Shown piece after piece: positions 28,406 to 39,900 of a stretch of 64,000 bases of DNA. Each line of letters opens with the position of its first letter. Positions within the stretch are counted from its first letter, which is position 1. The translations under genes were made by a program, and so were the position numbers. The notes beneath the pieces were generated by a model. That model made no database searches. It had not been told where the DNA came from and saw only the letters and a program-made list of their open reading frames with translations. Origin of the DNA: an uncultured cyanobacterium. Its GTDB lineage: Bacteria; Cyanobacteriota; Cyanobacteriia; Cyanobacteriales; CAWCAG01. The DNA lies in contig CAWCAG010000001.1 of the NCBI GenBank assembly GCA_963793425.1, forward strand, positions 32,001 through 96,000, in the 5' to 3' direction.

Positions 28406-29227
28406 TCATAAAGAGCTAGAATCTAGACTTTCGGCTTCATCAAAGGTTTGGGGTAAATGAATGCCGCATTCTTGCTTAAGCCCTTGGAAACGGGTATCCC
28501 TTTCGTGTCCGTCGTCTGGGGTAAAGGGGCGGCTAGAGTGCCAATCGCCCACGGTAGTATAGCCTTGGTCAAAGAAGGGGTGATAAGGCATATCATTAGT
28601 AGTCAGGTATTGATACACATCCTTGGCATTCCAGTCAAGTATAGGTAAAATTTTGTAGATATCTGATTGGATGCCCACAAAAGGTAGATTTTTGCGGTGA
28701 TCGGTTTGGTGGCTTCTTAATCCTGCTAACCAAGCTGTAGCCCCTAATTCCTTTAAAGCCCTTTGCATTGGCTCTACTTTGCGGATTTGATCGTAGAGAT
28801 TGAAAGCTTCTACAGTCCCTTTTTCCCAAAGACGGCCATAAATAGCTTCCATACGGGCTGGACTAATAGAGGATTGATAAACCTTTAAGTTTAAGTTGAG
28901 GCGTTTGCTTAACTCTTCAGCAAATTTGTAGGTTTCTGGGGGGAGATAGCCTGTATCGACCCAGATGATGGGAATATTGGGTACTATCCTCGTGACGAGA
29001 TGCAACATAACCGCTGCTTGAATGCCAAAGCTTGTGGTCATGACTAACCCATCACCAAAAGTATCTGTAGCCCACTGAACTATTTGATGAGCATCAGCTC
29101 CAGCAAACTGTTTGTTGATAAAATCTATGTCTATTTCTGTAGGGTTTGACTCCATGGAAGTAGTCGATTCTCGGTGGTTTGATCGCCTCTGGCTGGGGTC
29201 AGAAATGCTTAGATTTAGTTGTGGCAT
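28406..29227 (-). CDS. cysH: Phosphoadenylyl-sulfate (PAPS) reductase
   Basis: TSFG, DTGY, RKVEP and ECGIH motifs; no Fe-S CC motif. Confidence 0.93.
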   Translation of the reverse strand: MPQLNLSISDPSQRRSNHRESTTSMESNPTEIDIDFINKQFAGADAHQIVQWATDTFGDGLVMTTSFGIQAAVMLHLVTRIVPNIPIIWVDTGYLPPETYKFAEELSKRLNLNLKVYQSSISPARMEAIYGRLWEKGTVEAFNLYDQIRKVEPMQRALKELGATAWLAGLRSHQTDHRKNLPFVGIQSDIYKILPILDWNAKDVYQYLTTNDMPYHPFFDQGYTTVGDWHSSRPFTPDDGHERDTRFQGLKQECGIHLPQTFDEAESLDSSSL

Positions 29228-29502
29228 AATTTTTCTTCTGGTTCAGTTGCAAAGAAATTTGCGATCGCCTGGTTAGTCTATGTTCCAGAGCATTTTTAGC
29301 TCAATATTTGTTGGAGTAGTTGCACTTTCTTTGATTTAGTTTAATTTCTCAACAAATTACAGCAACTTAGCTAATTTTAATTAGTTCAAGATAAATAAGT
29401 AAAATTTAATAATACTTGATGACTACTCCAAACTTATCAAAGAATACTTTACCAGTTTGTAAGTTATTAATAGAGTAAATTAAGATTGTTTTTCTTGATT
29501 AA

Positions 29503-30099
29503 TTATAATTTATTTTGGAACGAACGGTTAGATAAGACTGCTAAAGTCACCTCAACAATATCTTGCAAAACTTGAGTATCAGGTTTTGCCTTGGCCATAA
29601 CGCTTAAACCATTGGCACTGCTAGTCAAATAACGAGCGATCGCTCTTAAATTCAGACTTGGCTCAATTTCTCCTTTTGCTTGCCCATAAATCAAAGCTTG
29701 ATAAAAAGCATCTTCCATTTGTTGAAGATGAGCAGTAATTTTAGTTGCTGTATCTTGGTCATGAAGTGCCAACTCCACTAAGGTATTGGTCATTAAGCAA
29801 CCTTTACACTCTTTTTTGGTGGTGTAATATCTCAGAAGATTAGCAAAAAAGTTTCGGATAGCCGTAATTCCTTGAGGAGATGTCGCTAACTTTTTTAGGG
29901 CTAAACCATCGCCATAACGATCTAAAGCAGCGAGAAAGAGGCGGTGCTTATCACCAAAGGTATCATAGAGACTAGCTCGATTGATGCCCATATGCTCAAC
30001 CAAATCACTAATAGAAGTTGCTTCATAACCTTTGTACCAAAACAACTCCATCGCTTTTTTTAGTACTTCGTCCCGATCAAATTCTTTCTGTCTGGCCAT
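29503..30099 (-). CDS. TetR/AcrR family transcriptional regulator
   Basis: MARQKEFD...LF...GYEATS..DL...MGI.RASLY..FGDK HTH; GCL motif. Confidence 0.93.
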   Translation of the reverse strand: MARQKEFDRDEVLKKAMELFWYKGYEATSISDLVEHMGINRASLYDTFGDKHRLFLAALDRYGDGLALKKLATSPQGITAIRNFFANLLRYYTTKKECKGCLMTNTLVELALHDQDTATKITAHLQQMEDAFYQALIYGQAKGEIEPSLNLRAIARYLTSSANGLSVMAKAKPDTQVLQDIVEVTLAVLSNRSFQNKL

Positions 30100-30305
30100 T
30101 TATTGCTTTTTGCTACGCCTCTATCCCCTATTTAAGTAGGAAATCTCTGAATTATCTAGCTAAAGCTACAATAATCAAGTGAAAAATGCTCCCTACTCTA
30201 ACAAATTAAGCCATGCAACAAAGGCAGATTTTGTATAACATGATGCAAAGATTTAGTTAAACCCCGGTTAAGATAAACTTAATAGACAAACTTCGGTTAG
30301 AAAAA

Positions 30306-31619
30306 TTGCAGACACTAACTTCGCAAGTTAACCAAACAGATTTTCCTGCCAGTATCTTCAAATTGGATAACGGTTTAACAGTTATCCATCAACAAATAGC
30401 TGCAACTCCTGTGGTAGTAGCAGATGTTTGGGTAAAGGCAGGGGCAATTAGAGAACCCTTAGAATGGTCAGGAATGGCTCATTTTCTGGAGCATATGGTT
30501 TTTAAAGGAACTAAACGTATTGCTCCGGGAATGTTTGACCAAATAATTGAAAGTCGCGGCGGTATAACGAATGCAGCAACAGGCCACGACTATGCCCATT
30601 TCTATTTGACCACAGCATCTACTTACCTAGGCGATACCTTACCTCATTTAGGAGAAATTCTTCTCCAAGCAGAAATTCATGAGGTCGAATTTATGCGGGA
30701 ACGTGAGGTGGTAATAGAAGAAATGTACTCTTGTTACGATGATCCAGATTGGTTGGGTTTCCAGGCTTTATGTAGCACCCTTTACCAACAACATCCCTAC
30801 GGACGTTCTATTTTAGGGGAAGAAGAACAGTTAAAAGGTTATACCCCCAACCAAATGCGTTGTTTTCATGCTTCCCACTATCAACCGGAGAATATAACTG
30901 TTTCTCTTGTTGGTGGAGTTTGCCAAGAAGAAGCTTTGTCCTTAGCAACAGAGGCTTTTGGCAACTTCAAAACCCGTTCAGAATCTCCTCCTTGCTTAGT
31001 AGAAGCAGAACCACCCTTAACGGAAAATCGCCGTAGAGAACTGCACCTACCTCGCTTAGAACAGGCAAGGCTGTTAATGGCTTGGATAGGGCCTGGCATC
31101 GGAGAAACTGTTGGTAGCTTAATCGATATTAAAGCACAATCTCCCCTGAAAGATGCTTATAGTTTAGACCTTTTAGCTGCCATCTTAGCTAGCGGTCGTT
31201 CCTCAAGATTGGTACGGGAACTGCGGGAAGAAAAACGCCTCATCCAAGATATTAGCTGTGATTTTTCTCTCCAGCAAGATTCTAGCCTCTTCACCATCAG
31301 CGCCTGGTTAGATGCTGAAAACTTAGAAGAAGTAGAAACCATTATCCGGAATCGCCTCCAAGAATTACAAACAACTCCCGTTAAACCAGAAGAATTAAAT
31401 CGCAGCAAACGCCTACTCTGCAATGACTACGCCTTTTCCACCGAAACCCCAAGCCAACTAGCAGGTTTATACGGTTACTACAACACTGTAGCCACAGCCG
31501 AATTATCTGTGGTCTATCCCTTCGGTATCCAAAGAACAACTGAGTTAGATTTACAACGCATCGCCAATCAATATCTTTCACCAGAACGATATGCAGTTAC
31601 AGTAGTAGTTGGTTGTTAA
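30306..31619 (+). CDS. M16 family peptidase, catalytic subunit
   Basis: HFLEH inverted zincin motif. Confidence 0.92.
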   Translation: MQTLTSQVNQTDFPASIFKLDNGLTVIHQQIAATPVVVADVWVKAGAIREPLEWSGMAHFLEHMVFKGTKRIAPGMFDQIIESRGGITNAATGHDYAHFYLTTASTYLGDTLPHLGEILLQAEIHEVEFMREREVVIEEMYSCYDDPDWLGFQALCSTLYQQHPYGRSILGEEEQLKGYTPNQMRCFHASHYQPENITVSLVGGVCQEEALSLATEAFGNFKTRSESPPCLVEAEPPLTENRRRELHLPRLEQARLLMAWIGPGIGETVGSLIDIKAQSPLKDAYSLDLLAAILASGRSSRLVRELREEKRLIQDISCDFSLQQDSSLFTISAWLDAENLEEVETIIRNRLQELQTTPVKPEELNRSKRLLCNDYAFSTETPSQLAGLYGYYNTVATAELSVVYPFGIQRTTELDLQRIANQYLSPERYAVTVVVGC

Positions 31620-31637
31620 ATAACTGATGATTAGATA

Positions 31638-32891
31638 ATGCCTGTCGAGCAAACTCAGAAGATTCATAGTGAAGTTTTAGCTAACGGTATCAAAATACTA
31701 TTTGTAGAAAATCCTGCTGCGGATATTATTTCTGGTCGGATTTTTTTTAAAGATGCTGGCATGAGGGCAATACCCCAAAAAAAGGCAGGACTAACTCATT
31801 TATTAGCCTCTGTAATCACCAAAGGAACTCAAGGATTATCCTCTGCCCAAATAGCGGAACGGATTGAATCTGTGGGGGCAAGTTTAGGGGCAGATGCCGC
31901 AGCAGATTACTTTTTAATCAGTCTTAAAACTGTTTCTAAAGACTTCTCGGCTATTTTCCAACTTGCAGGAGAAATTCTGCGATCGCCAAGCTTTCCTCAA
32001 GAAGAGTTTGAACTAGAACAAGGCTTAACCCTACAAGATATTCGTTCTCAGCAAGAACAACCTTTTAATGTCGCTTATAACCAACTGCGACAGTTCATGT
32101 ATAAGCAACATCCCTACGGAGTTTCAGTCTTAGGGACACAAGAAACCGTTTCTCAATTAACGCGCCAGGACTTACAAGAGTTTCACCAAAATTTTTTCCA
32201 GCCTAGTAAAATGGTAGTAAGTATTTCCGGTCGCCTGAAACCGGAAGCAGCTTTTAAATTAGTACAAGAAACCTTCGGAGATTGGCAAGTTTCCTCAAAG
32301 TCCCCTTCGCCTCACGAAATCCCTAATCTTGAATCTCAACCAGAAGCCGGAACCATAACTCAAGATACCCAACAAAGTATTGTTATCTTAGGCTATCTCG
32401 CTTCATCTGTTTATCAACCTGACTTTTTTGCCCTCAAACTCCTCAACACCTATTTAGGCAATGGTTTGTCAAGTCGTTTATTTGTAGAATTGCGAGAAAA
32501 GCGAGGCTTAGCCTATGATGTCTCCTCTTTCTATCCTACCAGAGTTGATCATTCTCAATTTGTAGTTTATATAGGAACAGCGCCAGAAAATACGGAAATT
32601 GCCTTAACAGGTTTACGTCAAGAAACAAAACGTTTATGCGAAACTGAGTTAACCTCAGAAGAGTTACAAACAGCTAAAAACAAGTTGTTAGGGCAATATG
32701 CGTTAGGGAAACAAACCAACTCAGAAATAGCCCAAATCTATGGTTGGTATGAAACCCTTAATTTAGGAGTTGATTTTGACGTTCAGTTTCAAGAAGAAAT
32801 TGCCAAAGTAACTCCTCAACTTGGCCAAGAAACGGCTTGTCGCTATTTCGGTGAACCCTATGTATCTATAGTTGGGCCGGTGGGAGAATAA
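31638..32891 (+). CDS. M16 family peptidase, non-catalytic subunit
   Basis: M16 motifs (HPYG, SSRLF.ELREKRGLAY) but HxxEH is replaced by HLLAS. Confidence 0.9.
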   Translation: MPVEQTQKIHSEVLANGIKILFVENPAADIISGRIFFKDAGMRAIPQKKAGLTHLLASVITKGTQGLSSAQIAERIESVGASLGADAAADYFLISLKTVSKDFSAIFQLAGEILRSPSFPQEEFELEQGLTLQDIRSQQEQPFNVAYNQLRQFMYKQHPYGVSVLGTQETVSQLTRQDLQEFHQNFFQPSKMVVSISGRLKPEAAFKLVQETFGDWQVSSKSPSPHEIPNLESQPEAGTITQDTQQSIVILGYLASSVYQPDFFALKLLNTYLGNGLSSRLFVELREKRGLAYDVSSFYPTRVDHSQFVVYIGTAPENTEIALTGLRQETKRLCETELTSEELQTAKNKLLGQYALGKQTNSEIAQIYGWYETLNLGVDFDVQFQEEIAKVTPQLGQETACRYFGEPYVSIVGPVGE

Positions 32892-32941
32892 GTAATAGGT
32901 AATAAATTAATAACTGTAGGGCTTGCCCTTGCCCTTAGACA

Positions 32942-33991
32942 TCATTGATTATATAGAAAGTCTTTTAAACTTAACTGAATAGGTTCAAAAAAACTAGCAG
33001 TATACTCACTATAAACTTCTGGTAAAAATGATTTATTACTATTAATAAATAAAGTATCTCCTAAAACTTGCAAAGCCCTTTCATTAAGAGATTCGATTAA
33101 TACTTCTGGCATAGTAGCTTGACGATCTGCTATTTGTCTTAAAGCCACTTCATCCCCTGAGACAATTGCCTTAAATACGCTACGTTGTTCTTCATTAAGG
33201 CTAAGATTAAATTCTTGCCACTCTAACCATTCCTTTGGTATATAGCTTTCTCTATTTTCTGGCTCTTCTTTAATTATAGGCTGAGACTGGGGTTCTTTTT
33301 CCTGAACTAAAGTTTGAGTTTGAGTTTGAGGACTATTAAAACCAGACTCCAACTGCTTTTTATAACTAGCTAAATTATGAAGATATTCATTGATTTGGTT
33401 ACGTTGTTTTTGCTTTTCAGAAATTTGTTTACGTAGTCTCTCTAACTCCCCTCGCGATTGGTTGAGGCGGTTTTCTAACTCCCTAATTTGGCCATTTCTC
33501 ACTGTAAGGGATAAAGTCATTTCTGAACCAAGCTTTTCAAGCTGTTGTACTTGCTCCTGGCGCTGCCGTAGACTTGTTTCAAGCTCTTGCTTTTGTTGCT
33601 GAATGTAGCCAAGCTCTTGATAGAGAGTGTTACGTTGGTTGTGTAATTCTGAAACCCTACTTAGTAAATGATTTGATTCAGTGTGTAGAGCATAGTTTCT
33701 CGCTTCTACTTCTTGAATAATTTCTGTAGCCGCTGATAAAGATTGTTGTATTTGAACTTCTTCTGCTTCTAGTTCTTGAATTTCGTCATAAAGATGGAAA
33801 CGAAGCTGTTTTTCTTGTCTGATCCGGTTCTGTTTCGCAATTATGACTCCTAAATAAGCAGAAGGAACGGTTATTATCCCGGTTAAAAGCGCTTTAGCAA
33901 AGTCACGTTGAAGGAATAATCCTAGTCCAAAACTTACACCGAAGGCAACCGAACCTAAAACGAGCTGATTAACTGGCTTGCTGAATCTCAT
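32942..33991 (-). CDS. Membrane-anchored coiled-coil protein with TerB C-terminal domain
   Basis: Two TM helices, long Q/E-rich coiled coil, MPEVLIESLNERAL..LGD motif. Confidence 0.7.
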   Translation of the reverse strand: MRFSKPVNQLVLGSVAFGVSFGLGLFLQRDFAKALLTGIITVPSAYLGVIIAKQNRIRQEKQLRFHLYDEIQELEAEEVQIQQSLSAATEIIQEVEARNYALHTESNHLLSRVSELHNQRNTLYQELGYIQQQKQELETSLRQRQEQVQQLEKLGSEMTLSLTVRNGQIRELENRLNQSRGELERLRKQISEKQKQRNQINEYLHNLASYKKQLESGFNSPQTQTQTLVQEKEPQSQPIIKEEPENRESYIPKEWLEWQEFNLSLNEEQRSVFKAIVSGDEVALRQIADRQATMPEVLIESLNERALQVLGDTLFINSNKSFLPEVYSEYTASFFEPIQLSLKDFLYNQ

Positions 33992-34233
33992 ATTTCAGAC
34001 AGAGCAATGATCCCTAAAAATGGTGTCTATGTGCTGAATTTATCTTATTGTTGCCTATTACCCTTATTATTTTGCCACAGGAGAGCAAACTAAGTAGCAA
34101 GGAGGAGGCTTTTTATCCATCGCAGAACTTAATTAGTCATGGTTTGATGACTAAGTATTCCCTAGCCTCAAGTTCTGAAAAAATACTGGTTGTTTGTTGC
34201 TAAGGAACGTAAAAGGGACTTATTGACAGAATT

Positions 34234-34272
34234 ATAGCGCCATACCTACTTTAATCGTAGATACGGCGCTAT
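34234..34272. terminator. Stem-loop downstream of yqeG (terminator or end of a small RNA)
   Basis: ATAGCGCC-ATAC-CTAC-tttaatc-GTAG-ATAC-GGCGCTAT. Confidence 0.5.
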
Positions 34273-34417
34273 TAAAATTGTTTTTATTATGTTTAGGGTC
34301 TTTATATTGGCTGACCCCATTTGAAGCACTCTTTGATTTTGCCAGCAATTAAGCTGTTTTCCTGGATTTATTAATAATTTCTTTATATTTCATTTGATTA
34401 AATTTCGTTATTTAAGG

Positions 34418-34945
34418 TTAATTTTTACTAATTTGCTGAAGTGAGACCCCTAATGCCTTAGATAGCCAAACCTCAAAAGAACGGATAGGATAAGAACGAG
34501 CAACAATCGCAGGATCAACCATCGGTTCAACCAAGATAGTAAACATACCCTGGCGATTTCCGGCCAAAACATCTGTAAACAAGCGATCGCCTACCATTGC
34601 AACTTGCTTGACTGGCAAGCCCATTTCTTGGGCAGCTTGCTTTAATTTACGTCGAGAGGGCTTTTTCGCAGCCAGCAAATAGGGCAAATCAAGTTCTTTG
34701 GCAATATTACCGATTCGAGTTTCACTAAGGTTATTGCTTACTAACCAGATTTGTGCCAATTTCCTCGTTTCTTCGATCCACAGGGCAACATCAGGGGAAA
34801 CCTGCTTGATTTTAATGGGAACGAGGGTTTCATCTACATCTAAAATTAGACCCTTAAGATTGTACTGTTGGAGTATATCTGGAGTAATACCAATTACCGG
34901 ACCTTCTAGAACTAAGTCAGGTTGTAAGTTTGATGCCCAAGCCAT
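34418..34945 (-). CDS. yqeG: YqeG family HAD IIIA phosphatase
   Basis: DVDETL, SNN, KP and GDRLFTDV motifs. Confidence 0.9.
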   Translation of the reverse strand: MAWASNLQPDLVLEGPVIGITPDILQQYNLKGLILDVDETLVPIKIKQVSPDVALWIEETRKLAQIWLVSNNLSETRIGNIAKELDLPYLLAAKKPSRRKLKQAAQEMGLPVKQVAMVGDRLFTDVLAGNRQGMFTILVEPMVDPAIVARSYPIRSFEVWLSKALGVSLQQISKN

Positions 34946-35001
34946 AGTTTTTTTAGTTATTTTGAGAGTGATAATTTGTTATGGATTACTAACAACTTAA
35001 C

Positions 35002-36075
35002 CTACTGCTGGGCCTCTCTTTGTTGGCGAATAGCATTTTTAGCGGCTTCATGTTCTTGCACAGTTTTACTAAAAAAGTGAGTTCCATCGTAGCGGGCGAC
35101 AAAATAGAGATAAGGGGTGTCTTCAGGATTAAGGGCAGCTTTGAGACTAGCTGAACCAGGATTAGCAATAGGAGTAGGAGGAAGACCAGGATTAAGATAG
35201 GTATTATAGGGAGAAGGAGTCTTAACTTGAGCAAAGCTTAGGGGTTGATCAGCGGTTTGTTGAATATTCAAACCGTATTCAACGGTAGGATCAGTTTCTA
35301 GTTTCATACCTTGCCGTAAACGGTTAATAAAGACTCCGGCAATAGTAGAACGTTCTTCATCTATTACTGCTTCTTTTTCGACAATACTGGCTAGACTGAG
35401 CCATTGATAAAAAGTTAGTCTCTTGCTTTCCCCTTGTTGATATATAGGTAAAGCCACCTCTTCAAAGCGCTTTAACATCATCTCAATAACTTGTTCAGGA
35501 GTGACGCGATCGCTAGCTAATTGATAGGTATCTGGATATAAAAAACCTTCTAAATGGGGTATATCCTGGGGTAACCAAGCATATTCTGCTTGAGGATTTT
35601 GTCTGGTGGCGCTAACAAAATCCTCCGAAGGAAAATAGCCGAGGGATTCAAAATAGCTAGCCATTTGCTTGATTGTCCAACCTTCAGGGATAGTAAACTT
35701 AAGTTGAATTACATCCCCCTGCCAAATAGTACGAGCAATTTTGGGTAAAGATTCTGTGGGAGAAACCTTATAAGTACCAGCTTTGAAATGCCCTGTTGGT
35801 TCTTTTAATTTCATTTGCCATGCCCACAACTGCCAAGCCTGACTAGATTTAATTAAATCAGCAGCTTGTAAATCTTGGCCAATTTGTTTAGTGGCAGTTC
35901 CAGCAGGAACATTTATTTGGACTGTTTCATCTGCTTCAGTGGTTTGGGAATTAGACTGAGTTTTAGCAAAAGTTGGGGAAATAGCCCAACTAAACCAACT
36001 CCAACCTTGCAAAGCACAAAAACTCAAGAAAATGGGCAAAACAATTAAATAATAAAACCATTTAAAAACTTTCAT
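35002..36075 (-). CDS. mltG: Endolytic transglycosylase MltG
   Basis: TIPEG, LEGFLYPDTY, ASIVEKE, SPYNTY and GLPPTPI motifs. Confidence 0.95.
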   Translation of the reverse strand: MKVFKWFYYLIVLPIFLSFCALQGWSWFSWAISPTFAKTQSNSQTTEADETVQINVPAGTATKQIGQDLQAADLIKSSQAWQLWAWQMKLKEPTGHFKAGTYKVSPTESLPKIARTIWQGDVIQLKFTIPEGWTIKQMASYFESLGYFPSEDFVSATRQNPQAEYAWLPQDIPHLEGFLYPDTYQLASDRVTPEQVIEMMLKRFEEVALPIYQQGESKRLTFYQWLSLASIVEKEAVIDEERSTIAGVFINRLRQGMKLETDPTVEYGLNIQQTADQPLSFAQVKTPSPYNTYLNPGLPPTPIANPGSASLKAALNPEDTPYLYFVARYDGTHFFSKTVQEHEAAKNAIRQQREAQQ

Positions 36076-36173
36076 TTCCTAGCCAGTTAAAAGTAAACTA
36101 CTGCCATTGAATCAAAGATTACTGTTGTGGACTCTAACTTAAGAAATAAATACAAGCTTAAGTTACCGAGGAA

Positions 36174-36746
36174 TTAATCCATGCCTTCAAAAAGCAATTC
36201 CTCAAGAAATGGTTGCAATAGTTTAAACTCTTCTGGTGAAGTCAACTCTAGTTGATTACCATAGGTAGTTTTAGCAAAAAACAGTAAAGGAGCCAAGGGA
36301 GTATAGATTTCGTATTCCTTACCATGATGATAAAAAGTTGCTAAGAACTGGTATTCCTCAGCTTCTGAGTCACCTTCCTCTTCTTCAATTTCTAGGATAA
36401 GGATATCATCTTCGGAGGTTGAAGGTAGTTCTCCAGTCGCTGTTAAAGTAAAGGCACTGTGTTGAAGAGTTAAGTTATGTTCAGCTAATACTGCTTTGGC
36501 ATCTCCAAAAATTTCTTTAATTTCTGCCTCATCTTCCAGCCAGACAGCGCCAGAGTCTTCGTGATCATTGTCCCAAGCAATAATTGTTACTGCTGCAGCT
36601 ATGGGCATAAGCATTAAATAAGTTGAGCCTTCGATTTCAAAAGAACGCTCTACATAACAATCAAGTGATCGCTCATCTTCATCAATTAGGGTGACAATTT
36701 CCGTGTCAGATTGATCGTTCTCATTGGGAAATTGGGACAGGGACAT
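36174..36746 (-). CDS. DUF3727 family protein
   Basis: Acidic protein with L.CY.E, AKAVLAE..L.L...A.TLT..G and YTPL.P motifs; usual neighbour of mltG. ATG at 36746 preferred. Confidence 0.8.
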   Translation of the reverse strand: MSLSQFPNENDQSDTEIVTLIDEDERSLDCYVERSFEIEGSTYLMLMPIAAAVTIIAWDNDHEDSGAVWLEDEAEIKEIFGDAKAVLAEHNLTLQHSAFTLTATGELPSTSEDDILILEIEEEEGDSEAEEYQFLATFYHHGKEYEIYTPLAPLLFFAKTTYGNQLELTSPEEFKLLQPFLEELLFEGMD

Positions 36747-36919
36747 ACTTTCAATAAATATTATGCTGTGGGTAGCTAACAATCTAATTAAGTTGCTAGA
36801 CAGTTAAATGTTTAATCTTATCATGTCGAAGCCTACCTGATAGCTAGTTAAGTTTTATGAGTATAAAGAATTGGCTGGGGAGCTGGGGGGCTGGGGAGAA
36901 AACTAATGGCAACTAGCAA

Positions 36920-39900
36920 CTAGCCACGACAAAGATTATCCCGCAAACTCTTTTCTTGCTGTTTAACTGCTGCTAATAGTTCGGCGTGTTGAATAATTAC
37001 CCCAGCTTGGGAGTTGAAAATATCCATATACTTTTCATCATTTTGGTCAAAGCTTGTACATAAATATTCCGGTATCTCTTCGTTGCCTTCCCTGTAGGGT
37101 TCAGCATAGTCTCCAAAGAGTTTCTTATTAACCAATTGAGTGACCCCAATCAAATCCCCATCAGGATTCCAAACCGGAGTACAAAGTAAGCTACAGGTAC
37201 GATAACCAGTCTTGCTATCGGTCTTTTTGGCAATTTCCGATTGGGGATGGGTGTACAAATCAAAGGGGATATTCAAAGACTCTTTGGTTCGAGCAACAGA
37301 ACCGGCATAACCAACTCCCACTTTAATCCGTAATTCTTTGAGAGAACCATCTTCAAAAGGAATTTTCGTCCACAATTCATTGCTACGGAGATCCAATAAC
37401 CAAAGGGTGCTGCGGTCAGAGTTAATTAATTCTTTCGCTGCTTCCATAACTCGCTTGAGTATATCCTCTGGTTCTAGGGTACTTTGGTTAACAGAACGAG
37501 TAGCAGCCATTAAAGCAGCGGCTACCCTCTGCCCCCTAGCTGTTTTGTGGTAGGAACGGAAGCTTTCTAAAATCATTTGGATGAGGGGAACTTGGGAGGC
37601 AAAACGTTCTTCATCTTTAGGAGTGAATCCCTCTTGGTCAATTCTTGCTTCTAAAGGGGCATTTTGATCACTAAAACGTTTCAGTTTGTTGAGACATTGA
37701 ACAACAGCAAATAAATCTCCTTGCTCGTTTAAAAGAGGGAAATTTAGCATACTGTAGGTACGATAGCCATTTTTACGATCTTGTTCTTTGGCTGTGAGGG
37801 AACGGGGGTCGTCGTAAAAATCGTAGGGAATATTCATAACTTTCTTGCTAGCAGCCACTTCCCCCACAATACCTTTGGTGATGGGAATGCGAATTTCTAG
37901 GGAGCGATCGCCTTCTGCTTGGGCGACAATTGACCAAAATTCATCTCTTTCTTCATCAAGGAGGAAAATACTGGTACGATCTGCTTCAACAGATTTACCA
38001 AGTTTTTGAGAAATGGAACGCAAAGTAGAGTCCATAACTTCATCGAAACCCTGACTTTCCATTACTTGGGTTAACATGGCTAAGGTTTGACTAACCACAT
38101 TTTGGGGATTACCTTCTGCTTGTTCTTTCATGGCAGCGAATTTTTTGGCGTTTTGAATAGCGACCCCAACTTGAGAATTGAATATTTGCATATATTTTTG
38201 GGAGTTGGCATCGAAGCTTGCTTGAAAACATTCCGGTGCTTCTGGCCAGTCAACAGGATTATATGTAGGAAAATTTCCTGGTTTCCTTTTATTTACGAGT
38301 TGAGTAACGCCAATTAGTTCCCCATCAGGACTCCAAACAGGCATACACAAGAGGCTACAGGTGCGATAACCGGTTTTTTGGTCGGTTTCTTGGGCTGTTT
38401 CGGAGTCTATATGGTTGTAGAGGTCAAAACCAATGTTTAAAGGCTCTTCTGTGGCAGCAACTTTCCCGGCATAACCTTGACCTACTTGTACTTCTAATTC
38501 CTTGACGCTACCATCTTCAAAAAGAATTTTTGTCCATAATTTGTCAGCTTCCCTGTCTAATAACCATAAAGTGCTACGGTCGGCATTCATCAATTTTTTA
38601 GCCGCATTCATAACATTGTGAATCACCTCATCGGAGTCGAGACTACTTTGGGAAACGACTCGGGTAGCAAAGGTGAGGGCTTCGGAGGCTTGTAATCTTT
38701 GGGTTAATTTATAGCAGTATTGACATCTTTCAATGATTCGTAAAAGTTCTGGTGCATATTCACTAAATTGCTTTTGGTCAGCTTCGTTAAAACCTTCGCG
38801 ATCAATACGATTAATTAAGGATTCAGTGGGATGATTGTTTTCTTCTAACTTGTTAATTAAGTTAACAACTGCAACTAATTTATTATGTTTATTTAATAAA
38901 GGGACAGCTAAAAGAGTATAGGTGGGATAACCTGTTTGTAAATCGACATTTTCCGGTTTTTCAAAGTTACTATCTTGGGCATAACCAAAAGGCACTTTGA
39001 CCATCTCTTTTAAACTTGTAACCAAATCAACAATTTCGCGATTAGCACTAACTTCTACTTCAGAGCCAAAATAGTTACTTTGATTCCGGGCAATAATTGA
39101 CCAAATTTCACTTTTTTCTTCATCAATTAAATAGATGTTAATGCGATCAACACAAAGCAAATCGCTCATTTTTAAGGTAATAGAACCTAAAATTTCATCG
39201 AGGATATAATCAAAGCCTTTCCCTTCCATAAAGTTAAGCATGGAGAGGAGTTTTTGCTCTTGTTTGGCTACTACTTGCATAAAGTCAGCGTGCAAATTAG
39301 CTAAAGCTTTATTAACCCAATTCCAATTGAATACAGCAGCATAAATGCGATTATAAATACTTAAAATAGGGGTGGACTCTTTCTTCCCTAACCATCTTTT
39401 AACCACCAAACCAGAAAGCCGTAATTCCATTTGTTCAGGAGTTTCTTCAGCAGGAATTTCTCCTAAATTACTTTCTTCGGTAGCAGATTGGGCAGAAAGT
39501 AAAATTTGCTGATAAAGCTGCAAAAGAGGGCCACTCCTTTGACCAATTCTTAAGATGCGATCGCGGATAGTTTTCAAATGAGGCGGATCATCAGTGGCTT
39601 CCCAGTTATCAATGATGCGTCTGCGGACGATATCTTCTACCCACCTAGCAATATCACGACCATAAACATCTCCTTCATTTTCTACTTCTTGTAAGATTAA
39701 ATAACAAATTTTTTGGGTTAAAAAAGGTTGTCCTCCAGTCCAATATAAAACCGCTTCTAATACTTCCTGGGGCTGACTAACTTTTCCTTCTAAACCTTTA
39801 GCTAAAGGTTGGGCTTCTGCTAAGTTGAAGCCATTTAATTCAATGCCACGACCAATATTAAAAGGAGTACAAGTTTTATCTTGAATCAAATCCGAAGGAG

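Noticed and set aside
28406..29227. Functional link between cysH and the sulfotransferase through PAPS
   Set aside because: They are 21 kb apart with unrelated genes between, and cysH is a housekeeping gene.
30185..30198. AATGCTCCCTACTC shared with the interior of the MITE at about 12450
   Set aside because: It is a low-complexity 14-bp match with no TIRs around it.
31638..32891. M16 protein lacking HxxEH as a pseudogene
   Set aside because: Active/inactive heterodimer pairs are normal for M16B peptidases.
36747..36919. No ruvX upstream of DUF3727-mltG-yqeG, as evidence that the AAA/GAF locus is an insertion
   Set aside because: That synteny varies among cyanobacteria, and no att sites or remnants are visible.
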